From: Octopus vulgaris
Taxonomy: Eukaryota
Direction of reading: 5' to 3'
Length of the DNA stretch: 64,000 nucleotides
Assembly (NCBI GenBank): GCA_951406725.2
Contig: OX597825.1
Span: 83,948,001 to 84,012,000, forward strand
In this document: positions 56,401-64,000 of the stretch, one piece after another
Position numbering within the stretch: the first letter of the stretch is position 1
Layout of the letters: each line of letters begins with the position of its first letter
Notes under the pieces: model-generated
Databases searched by the model: none
Seen by the model: the letters and a program-made list of their open reading frames with translations, nothing else
Told to the model about the DNA's origin: nothing
Translations under genes and position numbers: made by a program

Positions 56401-59400
56401 TCTAACTTGAGCTGGCCGAGTCTTCTCAAGCACAGCCAGTGCACAACAATTATTCACTACACAAGTCATCAATCATCGTTAAGGATGGCCCTCGTTGCTC
56501 CAGCAGATGAACATGTACTACTGCATCATCCAATGCATGAATATATAAGAGTATGATTTGAGGGAGATTTAGCTGCTATTTCTAGCAAACTCTAGTCATA
56601 TGGAGGCTCTCAAGCTGGTCGTGTGAGATGGTTCTGATAATGTAAAGTCAATTGTAGCAAATGTATTTAATTCCAAATAAACCAATCAAGGAATTTCCAA
56701 AAAGGCAACAACAAAATATTTCTAGAACAAAAACCATAAAAGAGAAACTGTCTTACTTTGATATGTTTCAAAACAAGTCCTTCTAATCCTTCGCGAAAGA
56801 CCTTTGTCATTAAAGACTGGAGATCAGTTGGGTCCTGAAAGTAAAGAAAGAAAAAATATCTAAAGAATATATAATCAGGAAAGCAGAATCAAAACAAATC
56901 ATGGAAAGACACTGAAGAATATTCCTACACCACCAAGGAAAGTCTAGATCTAGACTTTATGTTCCTAACACTAGCTGAATGATAACTCTCTTTTACTCTT
57001 TTACTTGTTTCAGTCATTTGACTGCGGCCATGCTGGAGCACCACCTTTAATCGAGCAACTCGACCCCGGGACTTATTCTTTTGTAAGCCCAGTACTTATT
57101 CTATCGGTCTCTTTTTGCCGAACCGCTAAGTAACGGGGACATAAACACACCAGCATCGGTTGTCAAGCAATGCTAGGGGACAAACACAGACACACAAACA
57201 CACACACGCATATATATATATATATATATACATATATACGACGGGCTTCTTTCAGTTTCCATCTACCAAATCCACTCACAAGGCTTTGGTCGGCCCGAGG
57301 CTATAGTAGAAGACACTTGCCCAAGGTGCCACGCAGTGGGACTGAACCCGGAACCATGTGGTTGGTAGACAAGTTACTTACCACACAGCCACTTCTTTGT
57401 TATATTTAAATTGAAAGAAACACAGAGCATCTCCAAATAAATACAGTAACGAAAGGGTTAAAGTAGCAACATGTAGCTTAAGAAAAACTTGGACTGAAAT
57501 TTCAAAGACATGGAATGACGATATGGTGATTCCTTCACTTTCTAATGTGGTGTTTGTTCAGCTCCAAAGATTTAACTTAACTGAAATAACTGAAGATGAT
57601 CGTAAGAACTTACCGTAATAAACTGAGTCTTTGAAAACATGATGCGATTCTTTATCTCAACCATGTTGTCCTCAAGAATCTTTCTCCGTTTTTTAATAGA
57701 ACTGAAAGTAACAAAGGTCAGAAGAATTAGATTGCAACAAAGTGGAACGCTTTGCAGCTGCAGCACCTCACTGTTTTGTTATTGTGCATCTGGTCCTACA
57801 TTAAAAGGGTGTGCAGCTGAAATATTTTCGAAGTTTTCGGGGGGTGGGGGGCTGGAATGTTTGGGTAGGGAGTTCTAAGCAAAATGTGTTGGAGGTTAAT
57901 CGGAGAGGAGTGCTGTGTCAAGCGAGCTCAGGTGGAAAAGGGGAGACGTGTAGCTGGCTAGTCAAGACAAGTGGTGGTGGTAGAGGCAGCCATAGTAGAA
58001 GTGGCTGTAGTAGTAGTAATAGTAAGAGGGGAGGGGGAGGAGAAAAAGGAAGAGGAGGCAGAAGAGGAGGTGGAAGAGAAGAGGAAGAGAGGAAGAGAGG
58101 AGGAAGAGCAGGACGTGGAGGAAGAGGGGAGGAAGAGAGGAAAAAGAAGATGAGGAAGAGAGGAAGAAAAAGGAGGAAGAAGCAGAGGTTAATACTTACA
58201 ACTCCATCAGGTTCTCATTATTCAGATGTAGACAGTCAAAGACAAACAGACAAACATTTGCATCCTTGAACGCCGCTTTCTGTGGAAGTGGGACAGAAAC
58301 AGAAAAATATTTTTAAAAAAAAGCAAAAAAAAGATGGTTATGGTATAGTCATATACACGAATGTCGTGGCTGCCTGGTTGGCAGCATCGAGTACTGGGGA
58401 CAGATACCTGCTGGCCTTGGGCTAAAATTTGAAACCAATATTGTTTTGCTTACCTTATGTATTCCAAGAGTTCCGAATGGCAGCGGGGTACTCGTGGCGT
58501 TGTCAACAAGAAGAACCTCAGCATCCAGTATCAAATTATTGCCTCCTGGGAAAGCTTTCGGGATAAAATCCTTGAAGTGAGACACCTTTTGCAAAACACA
58601 GACAAACAATTAATTATCATGGAGCTTGAGTAACGAATATTTTGTCTGGGTTTGGATGGGAAGTAATTGTTCATTAAATAGATGAATGCAGGTATGGTTG
58701 TGCGGTTAAGAAGCTCCCTTCCTTATCATGTGGTTTCAGTTTCAATCCCATTGCACAGCATTGTGGTTAATTATCTTCTACTATAACCACAGGCTAACCA
58801 CAACCAAGTGAGTGAATTTGGTCCACAGAAACTGAGTGGAAGCGAGCTGGCAGAAACGTTAGCATGCCAGGCGAAATGCTTAGCACTATTTCGTCTGCCG
58901 TTATGTTCTGAGTTCAAATTCCGCCGAGGTCAACCTTGCCTTTCATCCTTTCGGGGTCGATAAATTAAGTACCACTTAAGCACTAGGGTCGATATAATCG
59001 ACTTAATCCCTTTGTCTGTCTTTGTTTGTCCCCTCTGTGTTTAGCCCCTTGTGGGTCGAAAAGAAATAGGTATTTCGTCTGCTGCTACATTCTGAGTTCA
59101 AATTCAGCCAAGGTCGACTTTGCCTTTCATCCTTTCGGGGTCGATAAATTAAGTACCAGTTACGCACTGGGGTCGATGTAATCGACTTAATCCCTTTGTC
59201 TGTCCTTGTTTGTCCCCTCTATGTTTGAGCCCCTTGTGGGCAATAAAGAAATAAGAAACTCTGTGGAATCCCATCATATATGTCATCATCATCATCATCA
59301 TTTAACATCCGTTGGATGCCTTTACAGGAACTGGCAAAGCCAGGGCTACACAGAGTTCCTAAGGGTGGATACCCTTCTTAATGCCAGCCACTTTACAGGG

Positions 59401-60585
59401 TGTACAGGGTGGTGGTCGTTACATGGCACCAGCGGCCACACCAATGCTTTTTATGTGGCAACTTGGGTTTAGGGTTTCATGTGTGTGTCTTTTATGTTTA
59501 TCCTCTACACCACTTGTCAACCAGTGTTGGTTTGTTTACATCCCTATAACTTAGCTGTTTGGCAAAAGGAGGCAACCGAATATGAAATACTGCGGGGGGG
59601 GGGATTTATTTGAGTAAACCATGCAATACTTTGCCCCAACATGGCCACAGTCCAATGATCGAAAGAAGTAAAAAATAAGAGACATGTTCATTTAGTCTTT
59701 ATTTTGGTTTCAATCATGGGCTCCAGCTAGGCTGGAACACCACTTTTTAGAATTCAAGTCAATTATATCTACCAACTTTTTTTAATAATTTAAGTTACAC
59801 CAGAGTTATGGACCTTTAGAGAGTTACCTCCCTTCTATGGAATTATATACGCTAATGAGTTTTACACCGTTTTACACTGGGACACAAAAAACATGCACAC
59901 ACATTGGTATCATCATTGCATTCATCTAACCCATACTGACATGGAAAACCAGACGTAAAATGAACAAATGAATGAACTTACTTTGTGTGGTTGGACTGGT
60001 TTCAAAGAACGGCTGAAATAACGGAATTCAGAGCCATTTTTATGAACTTGAACCCGTTCCCCATCATATTTGATCTCTGCATAAAATCCACCTGGACACT
60101 TCCTCATGGCCATCTCCACAGAGCGACACGGCTCAGCCTGTAGGAAAAAAAAACATACAAAACAAAGATATAAAGGAAAAAGGGCACGACACAAGAATTG
60201 ATTGTAAGGGTCACAGGGGTCCCTACCTAACCATGGGCTTTTGAGTTCAGTCTCATTGCATGGCCCCTTACGCAAGTGTCTTCTATAGCTCCCAGACCAA
60301 CCAAAACCTTGGAAGTAAATTTAGCAGATGGAAACTTAAAGAAGCTCGTGGTGTGGTGTGTATCAGTGTGTCTGTGCATATATAGATAGATAGATAGGTA
60401 GATAGATAGACAGACAGACAGACAAATAGATATAGATAGATAGATAAATATATATATATGAAGAGAGAGATACATATACAGAGAGAGAGAGAGAGATACA
60501 TATATATAAATACATATATATATAGAGAGAGATACATATATATATTTATATACACACACACATATATAGACACTTATATATACAT

Positions 60586-60616
<31 letters not shown>

Positions 60617-63600
60617 CATTTATAAAGATATAAACACACACACACATATACACACATATATACACACACATATATATCACATGATCAACCAGACCATTAG
60701 ATGTTGTTATACATCAGTGGTCACAAAGATGCTGTGGAGAAAAAGCAAAAGACTTACCAACATGGGCAAAACTGGTGTCATTAGAGACGCCCGCACGCTT
60801 AATTTCTTCTCCAGTCCTAATTTGTTCTCACGTCGGTTTTGGAGCACCCGGTCGACGACATCTTGGAGACTGCGAGAAGCTTGAAATGCAGCATAAGCAT
60901 TGGGGTCAAGGCCATCAAGGCTGGAAAAATATATAAGGAAACAAAACAGTCACTACATAGACATAACAGAGGGATCACTTTAGTATAGATGTCAGAAACA
61001 GGGAGCTCAGTCTTCCACAGATTACAGCCAAAGATAAGCATTACATTAACACCATCATCATTGTTTTAATGTCCCCTTCTCTATGATGGGCACAGATCAG
61101 GCAGAATTCATTATGACAGGTTTTCTATAGGTGGATGCCTTTTCTGTCATCAACCATCTCCTGTTTTCAAGTATTTCTTCGTGGCCAGACACGGACTCAA
61201 AGTATATTAGAAAGGAATGATAGCGTTTGTTTGATGGTGACAATTGTTTACAATCACCACACAATGTGAACCTGAGGAAGCATAGACAGCAGAAACACAC
61301 ACACACAGCATTATAATAGAAGACACTTGACTAAGGTGTCATGCAGTGGGATTGGTTAGAGAGTATCAGTATCAGTGGTGCCACCAGCACCAGAGCCAGT
61401 CAAGCGAGCCAGGCATCAGTCACACTCAGATAGTGCTTTTTACATGCTATCCAAACATGATTGATGCCACGCCCACCTGACTGGCTCCTATATATCTATA
61501 TATTGGCACATAACAAACAGCATCCAATCGTGGCCGTAGCTGTTGCCAGCCTCGCCTGGCCTCGCCTGTGCCGGTGGCACATAAAAAGCACCATCCGAGC
61601 GTGGCCGTTCGCCAGCCTCGTCTGGCACCTGTGTCGGTGGCACATAAAAAGCACCCACTACACTCACGCACCCACACTCACGGAGTGGTTGGTGTTAGGA
61701 AGGGCATCCAGCTGTAGAAACACTGCCAGATCTGACTGGCCTGGTGCAGCCTCCTGGCTTCCCAGACCCCAGTTGAACAGTCCAACCCATGCTAGCATAG
61801 AAAGCAGACGTTAAATGATGATGATGATATATATATATATATATATACATATACAAATACACACATATATGTACAGTAATCCTTCGCCATATCGCGGTTC
61901 ACCTATCGCGGTTTATTATTTAAGCTTACGTCGATTCTGCCGTGGTGTTGTTTTGCATTTATGATAAAGTAAATATATACAAATTATAAAAATAACTAAA
62001 AAAAAACGTATACAGTACTGTTTCTACTTCATGGATTTGATGATAGTCAAGGGATCACTGCACACCATAAACATACATGATAAGAATAATAAGATTAACG
62101 AAGGGGGAACATTGTTACATGACGACAATAATAACAGAAAAATGGTTCTAATGATGACAGGGATGATGATGATGACGATGATGATGAAGCATGGCAATGA
62201 TGATTCAAGCAGATGAATGCCAACCATGGTGACAGAAGAATGAAGATGATGACTGCAAAGACACAATGTCACCAAGGTCACCACAACCACCACCATTATC
62301 ATCATCATCATCATCATCAGTTGTTAACAACAGACAGTGAGAGGAAGAAGGGGGGAAGATTTAAAAAGGGGGGAGTTAGAGGTCGAAAGAGAGAAAGTAG
62401 TGAAGTGGAACAAGTCGGGATTTGAACTCACATGTGTTTCGCACCAGCATTAATCCGCAAGTCGTGTTTGATCAAGCGAATCACCATTTTCAGATCGTTA
62501 CCTGTACACCTGACATTTAAAAAGGAGAAACTGGGATCAAACATAGAACAACAACAACAACAACAATAATAAAGGTTTCAAGTTTTGGCACAGAGCCAGC
62601 AGTTTTTGAGGGGAGGGGTAAGTCAATTACATTGATCTTGAAAGAATGTAAGGCAAAGTCGACATCAGCGGAATTTGAACTCAGAACGCTAAGATGAACG
62701 AAATGTCACTAAGCATTCTGCCCAGCATGCTAACAGTTTTGTCATCTTACCACCTTAACAACAACAACAATAATAACAACAATAATAATAATAATACAAT
62801 ACCAGGAAACCCCAAAATGGCAGAAATTCAAAAGATAGTGCTCATGGGAACTACCCATATCCTACGCAAAATACTTTCTATGTAATCTCAAGTTTTAAAA
62901 CAAACACAATTTTCATATGGTTTTTTTAGGTATTCACTAGTACAACACTAAGTACAAAACCAAATATATGGCACCCTAGGCATAACACCAACACGAACTT
63001 CCAACTTGTTGCCTCTTGAGGTCTCTGGGCGAGACTTGGAGTCAACTTGTACAAATATAAAGCAAAAGTCAAATATAGAATAATAATAATAATAATAATA
63101 ATAATGATCGTTAGGCATGGCTGTGTGGTAAGAAGTTTGCTTCCCAGCCATATGGTTCCAGGTTCAGTCCCACTACATAGCACTTTGGGCAAGTGTCTTT
63201 TACTTGAGCCTTGGGGTCAACCAAAGCCACACGAGTGGATTTGATGGAAGGAAAGTGAAAGAAACCCCATCGTGTATGCGTATGTGTCTTTGTAAGTGTT
63301 TGTCCTCCACCACCACTCGACAACGAGTATTGGTTTGTTTACATCCTCATAACCTAACAGTTCAGCAAAAGCAACTGATAAATAAGTACCAGGCTTGAAA
63401 AAAAGCACTAGGGTCAATTTGTCCAACTAAAATTCCTCAGGGTGGGGCCCAAACATGGACACAGTTAAATGACTGAAACATGTAAAAGACGAGAGATATT
63501 GTACCTGACAGGTAGAGGGAGAATCTGTCTGGGGCACTTGTTGTTTGATGTCTGTTACAGGTAGGCATTCATGTATGCAGCAGAAAACACTTTAAATGTC

Positions 63601-63702
63601 TTGATATAAAAAAACATTTTACCTTTTAGTAATTTTGGTGAGGTATCTCTGTTGATCGTCTTCTTTAGTAACTTTTGAGAGATCTGTTAAGAGTTGATCC
63701 AC
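46960..63702 (-). CDS. LIG3: DNA ligase III (partial, 15 coding exons in window; 5' part lies beyond position 64000)
   Basis: Manually spliced exons 63623-63702, 62432-62509, 60758-60920, 59982-60137, 58454-58585, 58200-58279, 57614-57701, 56757-56834, 55309-55432, 54110-54474, 53108-53410, 52331-52441, 50684-50775, 49705-49777 and 46960-47076 total 2040 nt with consistent phases. Motifs: [33 protein letters not shown] and BRCT W-x-x-x-C. Confidence 0.97.
48150..48812. repeat. 30-bp minisatellite (gatcagtct[ct]acataggtcataaacagaga), about 22 copies, in the last coding intron of LIG3
   Basis: Perfect 30-bp register from 48301 to 48750, degenerate flanks. Confidence 0.97.
48815..49305 (-). mobile_element. 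two tandem SINE family A copies (48815-49048, 49085-49305)
   Basis: Each has a head and core; both start after cagacttcttattt. Confidence 0.85.
49705..49777 (-). CDS. LIG3: LIG3 BRCT exon 2 [24 protein letters not shown]
   Basis: follows AC acceptor; gtaggt donor; 73 nt; resembles LIG3 'AFDGD...ATHV'. Confidence 0.9.
49778..50683 (-). other. U12-type (minor spliceosome) AT-AC intron, 906 nt
   Basis: 5' site ATATCCTTTT, branch site TTTTCCTTAAT (49797-49787) about 10 nt upstream of terminal GCAC. Splicing restores the BRCT sequence FIIAFDGE in frame. Confidence 0.9.
50684..50775 (-). CDS. LIG3: LIG3 BRCT exon 1 [30 protein letters not shown](A)
   Basis: cccttcag acceptor; ends at U12 donor ATATCCTTT; 92 nt. 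Confidence 0.9.
51184..51670. mobile_element. hAT MITE interrupted by an RTE-tailed SINE fragment
   Basis: cagtggttttcaacc start and gagccacggttgagaatcccc end. Confidence 0.5.
51760..52180. repeat. degenerate AT-rich about 19-bp satellite (taattaaccatgtaattac)
   Basis: Recurrent taattaac motif, ending in the palindrome ttaacatggttaattaaccatgttaa. Confidence 0.7.
52331..52441 (-). CDS. LIG3: LIG3 exon encoding PBZ (PAR-binding zinc finger) [26 protein letters not shown]
   Basis: ttctgtttgcag acceptor, gtataa donor, 111 nt, phase 0-0; C-x5-C-x6-H-x5-H with YG, CY, NP and F-x-H residues of the PBZ consensus. Confidence 0.88.
53108..53410 (-). CDS. LIG3: LIG3 exon, S/K/E-rich linker with basic putative NLS (PVKRK)
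   Basis: ttcaaaag acceptor, gtgaag donor, 303 nt open frame starting ELFKSSKE. Confidence 0.85.
53670..53890. mobile_element. piggyBac-type MITE
   Basis: TTAA|CCCTTTAG...CTAAAGGG|TTAA; partial copies at about 40498-40600, 41968-42085 and 44560-44757. Confidence 0.85.
54110..54474 (-). CDS. LIG3: LIG3 exon, OB-fold domain (GGLMSVFL...[15 protein letters not shown]...LPRLK)
   Basis: ctag acceptor, gtgagt donor, 365 nt; motif VI; matches ORF 54056..54520. Confidence 0.97.
55309..55432 (-). CDS. LIG3: LIG3 exon [41 protein letters not shown] (motif V)
   Basis: attag acceptor, gtattt donor, 124 nt. Confidence 0.95.
55512..55922 (+). mobile_element. 5'-truncated RTE-clade LINE 3' end in a LIG3 intron (antisense to the gene)
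   Basis: [25 protein letters not shown]...FAGHC...DREVW, (TGA)n tail, probable TSD tcaccaccc(c)acct. Confidence 0.88.
56757..56834 (-). CDS. LIG3: LIG3 exon [26 protein letters not shown] (motif IV)
   Basis: tttcag acceptor, gtaaga donor, 78 nt. Confidence 0.95.
56988..57393 (-). mobile_element. SINE family B, full length
   Basis: Reverse complement of the 4933 copy, including the internal microsatellite. Confidence 0.88.
57614..57701 (-). CDS. LIG3: LIG3 exon [29 protein letters not shown]
   Basis: tttcag acceptor, gtaagt donor, 88 nt. Confidence 0.95.
58200..58279 (-). CDS. LIG3: LIG3 exon [26 protein letters not shown]
   Basis: ccacag acceptor, gtaagt donor, 80 nt; motif IIIa (FVFD). 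Confidence 0.95.
58454..58585 (-). CDS. LIG3: LIG3 exon [15 protein letters not shown]...LILDAEVLL...[11 protein letters not shown]
   Basis: aag acceptor, gtaagc donor, 132 nt; ligase motif III. Confidence 0.95.
58842..59255 (+). mobile_element. SINE family A, dimeric copy
   Basis: Same internal junction (gaaataggtatttcgtctgc) as the 6273 copy. Confidence 0.88.
59982..60137 (-). CDS. LIG3: LIG3 exon with catalytic motif I ([13 protein letters not shown])
   Basis: ctacag acceptor, gtaagt donor, 156 nt; adenylated lysine motif KxDG. Confidence 0.97.
60758..60920 (-). CDS. LIG3: LIG3 exon [22 protein letters not shown]...LMTPVLPML
   Basis: ttccag acceptor, gtaagt donor, 163 nt. Confidence 0.95.
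61430..61828 (+). mobile_element. RTE-tailed SINE family E with internal tandem subrepeats
   Basis: Repeated ggcacataaaaagcacc units and the same 3' tail. Confidence 0.75.
61873..62040 (+). mobile_element. Tigger-like MITE fragment
   Basis: TA|CAGTAATCCTTCGCCATATCGCGG terminus. Confidence 0.55.
62432..62509 (-). CDS. LIG3: LIG3 exon [25 protein letters not shown](I)
   Basis: gtcag acceptor, gtgagt donor, 78 nt, phase 2-2. Confidence 0.95.
62797..63080 (+). mobile_element. short R4/Dong-like 3' end
   Basis: [28 protein letters not shown] parallels the 17450 copy's C-terminus; flanked by (TAA/CAA)n. Confidence 0.8.
63112..63495 (+). mobile_element. SINE family B, older CpG-decayed copy
   Basis: Same head and tail architecture. 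Confidence 0.75.
63623..63702 (-). CDS. LIG3: LIG3 exon (DNA-binding domain) [26 protein letters not shown](R)
   Basis: ttgcag acceptor, gtaaaa donor, 80 nt; resembles LIG3 'TKEDEQQ' segment. Confidence 0.92.
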
Positions 63703-64000
63703 CTGCAATGGACAGCACCAGATACAAATATAAACACACACACACATTTTTAAGCAAACACTCTTTCAAACATATATGCTGTTGCTCATGAAAAGACACT
63801 TTTGTGTGAATGTATGTTTATATATACAAGTGTACACAGATATATTACATATATATATATATATATATATTGGTAAAAACGGTAAGACAACAAAAGAAAG
63901 AAAGAGACCTCAATATTATGTAAATAGAGGAATTTATCTGTAAATGTAATATGTGACAATTATTCGGTAGCCAAGATAAAACTCTGAGTTTCAGATGCCG

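Noticed and set aside
57811-58269. 152-aa R/G/E-rich ORF on the plus strand
   Set aside because: Purine-rich (GAG/GAA) low-complexity intron sequence, antisense to a LIG3 exon

Overview
AT-rich, microsatellite-saturated animal genomic DNA. The SINE repertoire and (TA/TG/GATA/TAA)n density suggest a cephalopod (Octopus-like); this is inference. The only host gene I can support is DNA ligase III (LIG3) on the minus strand: 15 coding exons from 63702 to the stop at 46960 splice in frame to 2040 nt (679 aa plus stop), with the 5' exons beyond the window. They cover the end of the DNA-binding domain, the adenylation domain (KYDGER), the OB fold, a linker and the C-terminal BRCT. Two features of this gene stand out: a phase-0 exon (52331-52441) encoding a PBZ poly(ADP-ribose)-binding zinc finger that vertebrate LIG3 lacks, and a U12-type AT-AC minor intron (49778-50683) that splits the BRCT domain. 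Bases 1 to about 43.8 kb look intergenic. They hold decayed mariners, Dong/R4-like and RTE LINE ends, several SINE families, hAT, Tigger, piggyBac and Helitron MITEs, minisatellites and fold-back palindromes. Nearly all ORFs in the supplied track are microsatellite artefacts.
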